Part shown: in pieces, positions 1 through 14,785 of the stretch
Layout: each line of letters begins with the position of its first letter
Position numbering within the stretch: position 1 is the stretch's first letter
NCBI RefSeq assembly: GCF_009914755.1
Contig: NC_060931.1
Direction: 5' to 3' (one strand)
From: the human T2T-CHM13v2.0 reference genome, Homo sapiens
Length of the DNA stretch: 64,000 nt
Notes under the pieces: generated by a model
Database searches by the model: none
Told to the model about the DNA's origin: nothing
Seen by the model: the letters and a program-made list of their open reading frames with translations, nothing else
Program-made: the position numbers and the translations under genes

Positions 1-1227
1 TATGGGTTCCAACATCCTCCTTTAGCTCAGAGAAGTTTGTTATTGCTGATCTTCTGAAGCCTACTTCTGTCAACTTATCAAAGTCATTCTCCATCCAGCT
101 TTGTTCCTTTGCTGGCGAGGAGCTGCAATCCTCTGGAGCAGAAGAGGCACTCTGCTTTTTAGAATTTTCAGCTTTTTTGCTCTGGTTTGTCCCCATCTTT
201 GTGGTTTTATCTACCTTTACTGTTTGATGATGGTGACCTACAGTTGGAGTTTTGGTGTGGATGTCCTTTCTGTTGATGTTGATACTATTCCTTTCTGTTT
301 GTTAGTTTTACTTCTAATAGTCAGGTCCCTCAGCTGCAGGTCTGTTGGAGTTTGCTGGAGGTCCACTCCAGACCCTGTTTGCCTGGGTACTACCAGCGGA
401 GGCTGCAGAACAGCACAGCAAATATTGGGCTGCCTGATCCTTCCTCTGGAAGCTTTGTCTCAGAGGGGCACCCGGCTTTATGAGCTGTCAGTCAGCCCCT
501 ACTGGGAGGTGTCTCCCAGTTAGGCTACACAGGGGTTAGGGACCCACTTAAGGAAGCAGTCTGTCCGTTCTCAGAGCTCAAACACCATGCTGGGAGAACC
601 ACTGCTCTCTTCAGAGCTATCAGACAGGGACGTTTAAGTCTGTAGAAGTTTCTGCTGCCTTTTGTTCAGCTATGCCCTGCCCCCAGAGGTGGAGTCTACA
701 AAGGCAGGCAGGCCTCCTTGAGCTGCAGTGGGCTCCGCCCTGTTCAAGCTTCCAGGCCACTTTGTTTACCTACTTAAGCCTCAGCTATGGCGGACACCCT
801 TCCCCCAGCCAGGCTGCTGCCTTGCAATTTGATCTCAGACTGCCACGCTAGCCTTGAGCAAGGCTCGTGGGCATGGGACCCACTAAGCCAGGCACGGGAT
901 ATACTCTCCTGGTGTGCCATTTGCTAAGACTGTTGGAAAAGCACAGTATTGGGGTGGCAATGTCCCGATTTTCCAGGTACAGTCTGTCATGGATTCCCTT
1001 GGCTAGGAAAGGGAAATCCCTCAAACCCTTGGACTTCCTGGGTGAGGTGATGCCTCGCCCTGCTTTGGCTTGCCCTCTGTGGGCTGCACCCACTGTCCAA
1101 CCAGTCCCAATGAAATGAATCAGGTACCTCAGTTAGAAATGCAGAAATCACCTGTCTTCTGCATTGATCATGTTGGGAGCCGCAGACCAAAGCTGTTCCT
1201 GTTTGGCCATCTTGGAAAGGACCCCCC
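1..1227 (-). mobile_element. LINE-1 (L1PA7-like) 5' end: complete 5'UTR plus start of ORF1, running off the left edge
   Basis: Minus strand starts GGGGGGTCCTTTCCAAGATGGCC (YY1 site). ORF1 ATG at 196 reads MGTNQSKKAENSKKQSASSAPEDCSSSPAKEQSWMENDFDKLTEVGFRRS. Confidence 0.95.
787..1118 (+). pseudogene. L1 ORF0 homolog, disrupted by a 1-nt frameshift at ~866
   Basis: ATG787 gives MADTLPPARLLPCNLISDCHASLEQGS. The 867 frame continues VGMGPTKPGTGYTLLVCHLLRLLEKHSIGVAMSRFSR, matching ORF0 as recalled (MAGAPPPASLPPCSLISDCCAS...VGVGPSEPGVGYSLVVRR...RFSR). Confidence 0.8.
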
Positions 1228-1494
1228 AGAGAAGTACTCTTATTATGCACTGTATTCTATGTCCGACTAATTCCCTTTGGTTGCCACACATAAAACTTAC
1301 TAGTGTGTGCGGTGGGTTACAGTTTAAAATTATCTTCACATGCTTCTTACCATTAATTCTCAAAACAACCATATTTTATGTAAGAATAAACTATCTTAGA
1401 GAGGCTAAGGTACGTAGTTTTCTAGTAACTGATAATGGCAGGATTTGAACACAAATCTTCTGGATACCAAATCCCCATTGCACTTGTGTTTCCC

Positions 1495-2848
1495 AAGAAT
1501 GCTTGGCTCATTGTGTTCATTTCCTAGGGATCTGTGAGAATTTAAACTTCACAGATAATTTAGGGTATCTGGTGGAAAAAAATTCTAAGAACCAAAACAT
1601 TTCAATGTGACTTGGTTGCTTCTAACAACCTAACTTCAGATGAGGGTACAAATAAATAACTTAAAGTTGAAACTTATATTTAAAAGGGAAGCAGAGCATA
1701 AAAGTTTAGAAAATTTACAGCCTGGTCATGTGGCAGAGAAAGAAAAAGCTTTTACTGGAGCAACCATTTGCTAGAGAAAGTTGCATAACTAAAAGGGAGC
1801 CAAGTGCTGATAGCCAAGATGATAGGAAAAAGGCCTTGAAGGCATTTCAGAGACCTTTGCAGCAGCCCCTCTCATCACAGTCCTGAATGCCTAGGAGGGA
1901 AGAATGGTTTTGTGGGACAGGCCTAGGGCCTTGCTTCCCTGCACAGTCTCAGGACAATGTTCCCTACATCCTGGCTGTTCCAGATCCAGCCTTGGCTCAA
2001 ACGGGCCCAGGTATAGCTTGGTCCATAGCTCCAGAGGGTGCATGCTGTAAGCTTAGGCAGCTTCTATGTAAAGTTAAGTTTTCAGGTACACAGAGTGTAA
2101 GAGTTGAGCCTTGGTAGCCTCAGCCTAGATTTCAGAGGATATATGAGAAAGTCTCTGTGTCCAGGCAGAAGCCTGCTGTTGTGATGGAGCCCCTCACAGA
2201 GAGCCTCTACTAAGGGAGTGTGGAGGAGAAATGTGGAGTTGGAGGCCTCACACAGAGTCCCCACTGGGGCATTGCCTAGTGAAACTGTGGGAAGAAGGCC
2301 ACCATCCTCCAGACCTGAGAATGGTAGATATACCAGTAGCTTGCACTCTGCATGTAGTAAAGGGGCAGTCACTCAACTCCAGCCTGTGAGAGCAGCCTTG
2401 GGGTATGCACTCTGCAAAGCCACAGGTGGAGCTGCCTAAGGCCTTGAGAGCCCACCTTCTGCACCCATTTTCCCTGGATGGGGGACATGTAGTCAATGGA
2501 GATGACTTTGGAGCTTTAAGACTTAATGACTGCCCCATGGGGTTTTGAACTTGTATGGGGCATGTAGCCCCTTTCTTTTTGATGACTTCTGTCTTTTGGA
2601 ACAGGAATGTTTACCCAATGCCTGAACTCCCACTGTATCTTGGAAGCAACTAACTTATTATTTATTTATTTATTTATTTTTACAGCTCATAGGTAAAAGA
2701 AACTCATTTCCAGATAATACTGTGGATTTGGAACTTGGGACTTTTGGATTAATGCTGGAATGAGTTAAGATTTTGGGGGGACTACTGAGAAGAGATTATT
2801 ATATTTTGAAATGTGAGGACATAAGATTTGAAGGGGGCCGGGGTGAAA
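1495..2848 (+). mobile_element. ERVL-MaLR (MSTB-like) internal region; 5' LTR missing
   Basis: Typical MaLR-int sequence (tttagggtatctggtggaa..., RVPTGALPS-type reading frame), ending in a polypurine tract before the LTR. Confidence 0.88.
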
Positions 2849-3257
2849 TGATACAGTTCAAATACATGACCCCATCCAAATCTCATGTTAAATTAGATTC
2901 TCCAGTGCTGTAGGTGTGGTCTGGAGGGAGGTATTTAGATTATGGGGGTGGATCCCTCGTAGCTTGGTGCTGTCTTTGTGATAGTGAGTTCTCATCAGAT
3001 GTGTTCCTTTAGAAGTATGTGGCACCTCCCCACCCCAATCGCTTTCTTGCTCCTGCTTTTGCCAAGTGACACGCCTGCTCCCCCTCTGCCTTTTGCCATG
3101 ACTGTAAGCTTCCTGAGGCCTTTCTAGACGGTGAGCAGATGCCAGCACCATGCTTCCTGTAAAGCCTGCAGAATCCTGAGCCAGTTAAATCTCTTTTCTT
3201 TATAAATTACCCAGTCTCGGATATTTCTTTATAGCAATGTGAGAATGGCCTAATACA
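2849..3257 (+). mobile_element. MSTB-like MaLR 3' LTR
   Basis: TG...CA termini, ccaaatctcatgtt, ataaattacccagtctc, ctaataca end. Confidence 0.9.
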
Positions 3258-3314
3258 CAGTTCTTATAAGATTGATGACTAGGGAAAAACACAAGTGAGA
3301 TGGAGATTTGGTGT

Positions 3315-3480
3315 TCAGAGCATTTGTGTTCAAATCCTGCCATTACCAGTTACTAGCAAACTAAGTAACTTAGCCTCTCTAAGGGAGTTTGCTTTTACAC
3401 AAAATATAGTTGTTTTGAGAATTAAATGGTAGGAAGCCTGCAAAGATAATTTTAACCTGTAACCAGTTGCACATACTAGT
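3315..3480 (+). mobile_element. MIR fragment
   Basis: gttcaaatcctgc...aagtaacttagcctctct...gagaattaaatg core. Confidence 0.65.
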
Positions 3481-3560
3481 CAGATTTATGTGTGATGACC
3501 AAAGGGAATTAATCAGAAAGATATAGTAGATAGTGCACAATGAGAGCACTTCTCAGATAA

Positions 3561-3813
<253 letters not shown>

Positions 3814-4093
3814 TAACTTTAGAATCCAGTATTTTAAAATCACACAGTGTAAAGTTTTTAATATATATATACATTTTTTTAAAACAAATGAGAATGCAGA
3901 GAATAATGGGTTTCAATACAGTTTACCTTTGGGAGTACTTTATTCCTCAATTTGTCTATTTTATGTATACTCACATCTGGTTGGTGCTAATAAAAAATGA
4001 ATTTCATATTTCTTCTTCGTCATTAAAAATACCTAAATAGTTTTTCTAACTTTTAAATTTTATATATCATTGCTTTCTAGTATCACAGGAAAT

Positions 4094-4141
<48 letters not shown>

Positions 4142-4162
4142 AGAGAGGGAAAGAGAGAGAGA
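4094..4162. repeat. (TG)n followed by (GA)n microsatellite
   Basis: Directly visible. Confidence 0.97.
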
Positions 4163-4812
4163 GCAAGAGATTCTGTCATCAGATGCTCTAGATCCTATCT
4201 CCACTGTAATGAAGCTTCAGCAAAATTTGAAAGGCCTGTGTGTTTTTGTTTTAATAAATTCATCCCTGAGAAAATGAGTCAGACTAAATAAAAAGTGGGG
4301 CAGTGAAGGAGATTCAGAAAGATAATAGCCCAGTATGCCAAGAAGATATAAGCATGGCTGAGCCAATTCATTCTCTGGTGTTTCTTAATTTTCCTTGTGA
4401 CTTCTAATAATATACCTATTTATTGATACAGACCCCAGAGATATGAATAGAAACACCATTTTAAAATATATTTGTATGGTTGTTGTAAACATGCAGTCTC
4501 TGTTACCCTTTGTAATGCTTACAAAAAAAGTCATTTAAATTGTGGTATTTTTGTAAAGTGCACCTATAGCAAATGACAGAGCCAGTCTGAATTATAAATC
4601 CATTTAAGCACTCAATCATCAAAATTAGTAATGCTGAGAAATGGGGCACGTTGAAGAAATAGGCTAGATTTAGAATGAGTTAGATAAGATGATATGACTT
4701 AAAAGGAAGAGTGACTCAGGACCACAAAGTTAGGTTTACTCTTAGGCTAACTCAACCACCAAAGGGTATACTATTTGCCACCTAAGAATTGGGTACGTTT
4801 ATGCTCTTACCG

Positions 4813-5012
4813 CATTGATTTTCAACCAAGCCATGGGTCACTTAACAACATCTGGACACATTTCTGGTTGTCACAACTGAAAGGAGGTGCTATTGGCATT
4901 TAGCGGGTAGATGCCAAAGATGTTACTAAACATCCTGCAATCACAGGACAGCTCACACAGCAAAGAATTATTTGCCCCAAAGTGTCAATAGTGTCATGGT
5001 TGAGAAATCCTG
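4813..5012 (+). mobile_element. MER20 (hAT-Charlie DNA transposon)
   Basis: tctggacacatttctggttgtcacaact...aaagaattat...tgtcaatagt...ggttgagaaatcctg; degenerate TIRs and a degenerate 8-bp TSD. Confidence 0.88.
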
Positions 5013-5518
5013 CTTTACAGGAATTCTCAGGAAGTATTTTTTTTATATTGGGCAATGTTGTTATTAACTGAAAAGGCACCTTGGTTACTGTGGTTTTAAC
5101 TGGAAAATTACATTTAGTTGGATTATTACCATGTTGAAATATTAATGACTTGGTGACATAATAAAAATAACACTACAAACATTTTTAAGAGTCATTAATT
5201 ATAAAGAGTTTAGGAAGTTACCAAAACCCTTACAGCTGATATTTAGTACTGCATGTTCCAGTTTGCTAATGCTACAATATAACATCTGATAAAACTCTAA
5301 TTATGAAACAGTTTTACAATAAAATTTCATATGAGCATTTCACTGTTATTATTTTTCACACAATAAGCCCATTTTCTTTTTAGGTGAAGTATTAATTATA
5401 AATTAACTAACTGAGTTGTGATTATTTAGGCCCTCCCTTTTACTGGAAAACAAAACTTACAGATTGATAATCATTATTAAAAAACACCATTTGTACTGCT
5501 CAGAATTTAAAGTGAACT

Positions 5519-5834
<316 letters not shown>

Positions 5835-5984
5835 CTAAATCACAGGAGTTCCTCTCTAAGAAAAACCTGGTCCTTGAAATTCACAAAAAGAATAAATAGT
5901 ATATAATTTCTATCCTTCTTAATATATTTTAGGTCCTCTGAATCTGTTTACCTCTAAGTATTCTCTGCTTGAACAAAGGAAGCT

Positions 5985-6359
5985 TGACATGGTTTGGGTC
6001 TGTGTCCCTGCCCAAATCTCATGTCCAGCTGAAGTCCCCAGTGTTGGAGGTGGGGTCTGGTGGGAAATAATTGGATCATGGGGGTGGATTTCCCTTTTGG
6101 CTCTGTTCTCGTGAGAGTGAGTTGTCACAATGCCTAGTTGTTTAAAAGCGTGTAGCACCCCTCGCCTCTTCTTCCTGCTCAGTCAAGTAAGACCTGCCTG
6201 CTTCCCCTTCACCTTTTGCCATGATTGAAAATTTTCTGAGGTGTCCCTAGCCATGATTCTTGTACAGCCCGAAGAACCATAAGCCAATTAAACCTCTTTT
6301 CCTTATAAATTACTAGTCTCAGGTATTTCTTTATAGCAGTGCAAGAACAGACTAACACA
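5985..6359 (+). mobile_element. MSTA-like MaLR solo LTR
   Basis: TG...CA termini, 5-bp TSD aagct/gagct. Confidence 0.92.
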
Positions 6360-8208
6360 GAGCTTTAAAAGGATTTGAATATATTTTAGCTAGTTCTTAC
6401 AACTATAACCTTAGCCATATTAAATAAAATGCCATCTTTAATTACCAGAAAATACATGGTAAATTATAAACATAACAACAATAATGCTTAATGCATACCA
6501 AATATCGGGGTTCCTACCAAAGGGTGTGTCTTCATATGGTTTGTTTTGGCAAAAAACATAGTACCCAGCTTAAATACACTGAAGTTCTGACAAATATTGT
6601 GAACTGAAAATACATAGAAAGATAGATGTTTTCAGCAAATGTGCACGGAAACTGGGTATTATATAACTCATCTGTGATTTTATACTTAAAACCATATAAG
6701 TTTGAGGTATACTCAGTATTTATCTCTGTGAATAACTGACTTTAGAAAAACAAAATATCATTTCCTTCTGGATCATAAAATACCATCTGTTCATGCCTGT
6801 CTAAAGATCATAGATCCATCAGGTAAATGTAAAGAAAATATCATAACCCAAGTTTCCACTTTTATGTAATAACTCCTACACTGATGAGCAGATTAATTCG
6901 CCAGGCTAATTCACCATTTCCTTTCACTCAGGGCTCTTGACAAATCTTATTATTGACTATGTAAATTCATACGTGTTTTTAAAAATTTTGATGTTCTCAA
7001 GGTACTGGCCTTATAAATATTTTTTATATGTTGAAGAATGACTCCCAGATGTCTTAAGGTAAATAAGGGGGGAAAAGAGAGATTTATATTCCATTTACTT
7101 TGCTTTGAGTCTTAGTAGAAGAATAAGCTAAAAAATATTTTTTATGTCTGTGGGACTAGGTATGAAAAAATATTTTTAATGATAAAACCATTCAATACTG
7201 CTCTTATCCATATAGTTCTACATCAGTTCTTCTCTTATATAGTATAATATCGTGGTAGTAAATTGTGTTTCAGTAACCCCAGAGTATATAATTTTCTGTG
7301 TTAAGGTCTCTCCTCACCTCATTATCATTTTCTAAATTTTTTGCCAAAGGGAAGTTCAGTTCCATATCTCTTGCTTTTCTTTTTGCTTATCTGAAAAAAA
7401 CAATGAAAGTCATGGAGTTAGTTAGTATATTATGATGATTACCTGGAACTGAAAAACAGGTGGTCATTAGGTTATTTTTGTATATGAAACATTAACAAAG
7501 CAAATATACCAGTAAGTGGTCTTTATTATCCTTTAGACACCACTCTGTACCTAGGTGATCTCATTCTATTCATTCTATTCCTCGCCTTCCACAGGATTAT
7601 AATGGGATACCCCAGGGCTGTGTCCCTGACCCCTCTCTTCTCCTTCCACACCTATACTTAGAAATTCTGTGTCCCATTCCCCAGGTTGCTTTCTCTCCTA
7701 TTCACTCTTGGCCAGGAAAATTTTCCTATCGTTAGGTGTTACTATGTCCTGCCTTCAAAGGAATATATTCCCACTTAAAAAGAACATTTAGGGAGGCATA
7801 ATATTAACCCAAAGAAATGTGTGACCCCCAAATTGGTAATTTCAGATTCTAGCATTTGACTAGCTCTAAGAAAGACAGAAAAAGTTCAAGGAACTTACAA
7901 TTTATAATATCTTCTGAGAATCTGCTAACTTTTACACATGTGTATCTCAATATTCTTTGACAACACGTGTCTGATGAGGAGTGGCAGACCTTATGAGTCT
8001 GTCCTCTAATGAGAACCTTTTGGGAGTTTTTGCATTCCAATCATGCTTAGTTTATACTAAACCTTCTCAGTAAGATTGATGCTTATATTTTATCACATAT
8101 TTTCAGGCTAAAAAACAGGATCCTTTTAAATTTCAAGCTCCACTATATTTTTTCCTTATAAAGAACTGTCACAAATTATTGCTGTTTCTTACCAATAACT
8201 AAACAAAC

Positions 8209-8621
8209 TGCTATGGACTGAGTTATACCCTGCCACCAATGTCATTTGTTGAAGTCCTAACTCCCAATGTGATGGTATTTGGAGATGGGGTCTTTGTAAA
8301 ATAATTAGGTTTAGATGAGGTCATGAGGGCAGGGGGCCTCATGGTGAGATTACTGCCCTTCTAAGAGTAGACAACAGAGAGTTTGCTTCCTCCCTTTCTC
8401 TCTCTTTCTCTCCCTTTCTCCACTTTATGATACCATGAAATACCATGAAAAAGCAGCAATTTTCAAGCCAAGAAGAGCAGTTTCACTGGGGAACCAAATC
8501 GGCGGGCCTCTTGATCTTGGACTTTTAAGCCCTCAGGACTGTGACTGTGAGAAATAAATTTCTGTTGTTTAAGCCACCCAGTCTATAGTGTTTTTTATGA
8601 CAGCCCAAGCTGACAAATACA
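8209..8621 (+). mobile_element. MLT1A-like MaLR solo LTR
   Basis: tgctatggactg start, gaaataaatttctgttgtttaagccacccagtct, TSD caaac/caaat. Confidence 0.88.
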
Positions 8622-8736
8622 CAAATAAATAGAAAAATTAATAATGAATTGATCCCCTTCGTTGTCATTATCAGAAATAAAATACAAAATTTGGCCATAA
8701 GAACCCCATCCAAACAAATGAGCTCTTTTATTTTAG

Positions 8737-9083
<347 letters not shown>

Positions 9084-9469
9084 TAATGCCTCAGTCTAAA
9101 GTCTTGCCCTGAGAGTACTGAAAATGTTAGCTATAAGAAGAGCTCTTATGACTTAATGGGCAACCTTGATCCATATGTGTTACTTCTCCTGGTATAGCTC
9201 ACATATCTGTGAAAAGGTGGCTATGACATTGATATTCTATGAAAACTTGTAGTGAGCAAGCTGGTAAACATCACCTTTACCATGAGCAACACCAGACTGC
9301 TACAGTAAGCTATGTGTAAATCTTCAGAAGAGTACCTTGTTTGCAAGTGTTTATTTTATTTTAATGAGTTGTACTCTGAGTAGGACAAAAATCACCAATC
9401 AAAGACATCCTGCCGACTAAGATGAAAGAGATATAAAGAAAAAAATATTAAGCAATAAAACCACTAATG

Positions 9470-9700
9470 GCTAACAAATAGCACGCCTTGCTATGTTCTG
9501 TGACTGTTCCAAGTGACTGACAGATTATAACTCATTCAATCATGAAAACAACTCCATAGATGTTATGTACTCTTTTTATATATTATTGTAAGCTCCTACT
9601 TTAAGGATGAAGAAGGGGAGATTCAAAGAGATTAAATAACTTCCCTAGGACAGTTGGAGAGGTAATAGAAGAAAGAGATTTGAACCCAACACAAAATGGC
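9470..9700 (-). mobile_element. MIR fragment
   Basis: ataactcattcaatc...gatgaagaa...agagattaaataactt...gatttgaaccc. Confidence 0.65.
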
Positions 9701-11567
9701 TCCCAACTCTTTTATTTCAAGCATGAGATATGGCCTCACAACAATACCCTTCCCAGCTGCAGCAAAGGAGGTAAGATGACCTAAATGCAGCACAGAGGCT
9801 GAAGGAAACAGCCAACTCTGAAGCTAGCTAAGAAACATTTTTGTAGCCTACCTTCCAGTCATTATATGATCAGATACTGAGAAACCCTGAGCCTCACAGG
9901 CTCACTGCCACAGTAACAACGTGCACACAGCCAGCAGAATCATTATATTCAACAAGTGAGAATTCATCGAGCTGAATAATTTCATTGACTCTAGACCTGC
10001 TTCATGCTTCTTCATCATATTATTCTTAATTCCCTCAACAATGAAAATCATATCAATGGGCTATACCAATGCCAATATTTGAAGACTTTTACTTCCAGCT
10101 GTGTAAGAACTACACTTGAATCTGGTATGACTGACAATATCAGGCTCTAAATGAAATCATGAGGCCACCAAATTATTATGGTGCAACAAGGCCAAACACT
10201 AAACCATCAAATAATCTTGGAGGCATTTTGCAGCCAATCTAAACAGCTAATAAAATGAGATCATAGGTTTTCCAGAAAGTAAAGCTAGCCATCCCTGCCT
10301 GATTCTGATAAACACATTTCCATGTGAAATTTAGGGGAAGGAATTTAGAGTCTTCCCTAGGGACTGGGTTCACTCTTTAGCTGTCCCAATTTCAGACTCA
10401 CCCAGTTATACTGCAGGGTGAGGTTGATGTTCTCTTAAAGCTGTTCGGCTCATCTCTCTGATGGCTTAGGGTTTTTTACCTTTCTAATTCTTCCAAATCT
10501 ACATTAAAATGCCAAATATGATTTTCATTTAAATGCCAACATAGGATTTATAAACATTATTGAGAAAGTTAAAGCGTAAAATTAAGAGAATACACACAAG
10601 ATGAATCCAAACAAAAGAAGAGGAAAAAATAAAGAGATAATGAGAATGAGCAAAAGAGAAAATACACAGAAGGGAGAAATTGCAGCCACTGGATATGGAA
10701 AGAGTGGGAACAGATTTTAATTTACTCATGCATTTCTCATGAAGCTGTGGAAGATACGGTCCAAATGCTTAGTCAGACTGGGGCTGGAGAATACAGGTTC
10801 CTATGGGAACAGAAGCAGCTTACTGCCATGGTAGTCTGCATTCCAAATGTAAGTTGCAGTAGCAGACTTCTTTTCCTATTCAGAATATCATTTGTGCTCT
10901 CAGTCTCAATTACTGCACTCCAGAGAGCTGTGAAGAGCAAGCCTGCATCCTTAGCTCCTTGTTTCTTCCTGTCTTCCTAATTCAGATGTGTATTCTTTCC
11001 AACTGTTCGTCTTTTTTTTCTTCCCTGCAATTTATCAGGCTATTTCCTTTCCCTCAACATTCCTTAAACACAGTACAGTGTATATATTATGTCTAAAACA
11101 CAATGCTGCACAAACGCAAAAGATCACCTTGTATTGGCCAAACTGCCCAACTATCACCAGACATGTGTACTGCCTCATCAGAAACACACTGCCTGTATTC
11201 ATTTTGTTCTCATTGGTCCCTAAAGACAGATAAACAAATCAGAACCATTTTGAACTAAAGACAAATGAGCTCTCTTAGACTACAAATTATTTCTGTTGTC
11301 TATATAGACATTCTAATACATTGTGCCTTTTCATTACTAGGCTATTGTTAATTTTTTATTGTTATTTTTTACCTGACTAGTGAGATAATCTTGACATATT
11401 ATTTTGCAGCTGTATTAAGGTTCTTAGATACTCAGTTATCTTCTCATGCTTGGAAGTGTTTATTAACTAAGAAATAATGGAGTCAGTATCCACTTTTTAA
11501 AACAATGTTTCTCAAAATAAAATCTGTATACCACGTAAAATAATCACTTCTGTGGTTATTAAAAATG

Positions 11568-12313
<746 letters not shown>

Positions 12314-12359
12314 TTAAAAATGCTGGTTCTTGTGTCCTATTACCTAAGCATCTGCATTT

Positions 12360-12891
12360 ATGGCAACAGACTATTTTGAAGAATAACTTTAGATTTACAG
12401 AAAAGTTCCAAAGATAATACAGAGTTCCTATATACACTGGACCCAGTCTCCCCCAGTGTCAACTTTTACATTACTATTGCACATTTGTCATAACTAATGA
12501 ACCAGTATTGATACACTGTTATTAAGCAAACTCTGTACTTTATTCTAAATTATTTAGTTATTTTTTTCTCATTGTCCTTTTTCTCTTAGGACCCCACCCA
12601 GAATACCATGCACTTAGTCATTATGCTTTCTTTAGCATCTCTCTACTATGACAATTTATTGGACCTCGTTGTTGTTTTTCATGACCTTGACAGTTTTGAG
12701 AAGCACTGGTCAGATATTTCATAAAATATCCCTCAGTCAAGGTTTGCTTGATGTTTTTCTCATGATTAGAGTGGGGCTATGGATTTTTGGGAGAAAGACC
12801 ACTGAAGTGAAGTGTCATTCTTATCACACTAAAGCAATGTTACATATGATCAACACAACATCACTTATAGTGTTCACCTGGATCACCTAAG
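12360..12891 (-). mobile_element. L1MC-like 3' end
   Basis: tttagatttacagaaaagtt...aagataatacagag; 14-bp TSD with 1 mismatch. Confidence 0.8.
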
Positions 12892-14785
12892 AAGCATTTG
12901 CATTTTAAAACCAGTTCCTTGGATATTTCCTGTATTTACTAACTTTCAAAGTGCCATATTAAATTTTAACATTTCACAGAGCATTAAACAACTCCGTGTT
13001 TTAAGCTATAACACAACTCTCTGCTCAAAGCCATCTATTACTCCTCAGAAGAAATGTCCGCCATATCTCTTTAATATGTCTTGTACCTCTGTGTCAGGAG
13101 ATAGGATGAGTGCCCTGCTTTTGACATGGGATGATCTATCCCTTTTCCCTAAAACTCTCAGTTCCTTTGAAGGTCATGCTACCCAATATGTTTATTGCCC
13201 AGTAACTCTCCTTTACTCAGTCATCCACAAGCCTTTGATTGCCCCTGACAATTCCTTAGAGATTTTAGTTCCCAACTGTTTCTTTTCCATAAATACGTAT
13301 CTCATATTTTTCAGTGACATCAATATCCACATATGTGTTTCTTTCAATACATGTCCTCTCCATTTCTTGCCCCCATCTTTGGTGATCTTACTTCTGTTCC
13401 ACCTCAACCATGGTCATGGCTAAACTTCATTAGTAACAATTTTATCCAATCCAAAATTTCCAGTTTTTATCACCCCATCAAACACATCTGTTCTCTATGA
13501 CATACTATTCTTCTATCCTCTTTTGAGTACTCTGATTCCTAAAACTCTTTTCCTATTTGTAAAAATAAAAAAAAAAAAACAGAACAACAACAAACAGAAA
13601 TAACAACAAAAACCACACCACTTCTAGTCAGTTGTTTCTGCTAGCAATTTATCACCATGAATCTCACTGAAGCCCTCACTCTCTTCCTTACTTTCCTTAG
13701 CTTCTATGGCCTAATATTAAAATATTCCTTCTATCATTGCCACATGGCCAACCTTAATCCTGTTTAGAACTAACTCTTTTCCTATCTTGCTCCTGAAATG
13801 TAGCAGCTAATCACAAATGGTGGCAAAATGCATAACATGTTCGCTGTGATCACATTAATTTCATAACCACACTCATTAAGGGGGCCTTAGTGTGGCTCCG
13901 TCATCCCTCTTCATTTTCACTTATCCAGTCCCATGGGAAATTATTTTATTTTATGTTTCCATTGCCTTTGATTGAGGAAGTAGAAGTAACTAGAGGAAGA
14001 TTCTTGCATGCTTCCACCACTGTATAGAGCAACATCATTATCCATATACCTTACCTGAATATCAAGGCAAACCCACCTATTTAAGTACTAAATCCATCCA
14101 CTTCAGTGTACTCAAGGCCAATGCTCTTGCTATGGCTTACTTTGTCTCTTGCATCATCATTTTTTTCACTAGTGGTCTGTTTCTATTAGTATATAAACAC
14201 AAACTATCTTGAAGAAATCTTCCCTTGATTCTATATCCCTTCACATAGTCTCTGTCCCACTTTTCTCCTCTACAGAGAAGAGTTTTTGCAGTCACAGTTT
14301 TTCTTTCTCCTCTTCCCATTCCCTCTTGGACCCACTCTGTTCAGGCTTGTGTTCTTGCTGTGCCATGGGGGCTGCTCTTCGCAAGGGCACAAAAATCCTC
14401 TGTATTATATTGTCTAGTGGTCATTTATTAGACTTCCAATTTAACCAAATAGTATCATTTACACACACGTTATTCACACGTTATTACTTGAAACAACTTC
14501 TTTACTTCACCTTCATAATACCAACCTTGTTTTTCTACACACCTCACTGGCTGCTCCTTCTCAGCCTCCTTTGATAATTCCTCTGCACCTCCCAGATCTT
14601 TAAACACGGGTATGTTTCAGGACTCAGTTCTCTCACACAGGTGATCTCTTTGTATTCTGCAGCTTTAAATGTGACCACTAACTTTAAAATTCCTAAATTT
14701 ATATTTCCAGTGTGAATTTCTCTCTGGAACTGGAAATGCATATCTTCATTTCTTGATATCTCTATTTAGATATCCAATATGCATC

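Noticed and set aside
6060-6085. DUX4-like site in MaLR LTRs
   Set aside because: TAATTGGATCA and the equivalents in the other LTRs deviate from TAAYYYAATCA.
9722-10848. Possible + strand exons (donors GAG|GTAAGA at 9771, AAT|GTAAGT at 10849)
   Set aside because: Weak acceptors and no recognisable protein; expected by chance in 64 kb.
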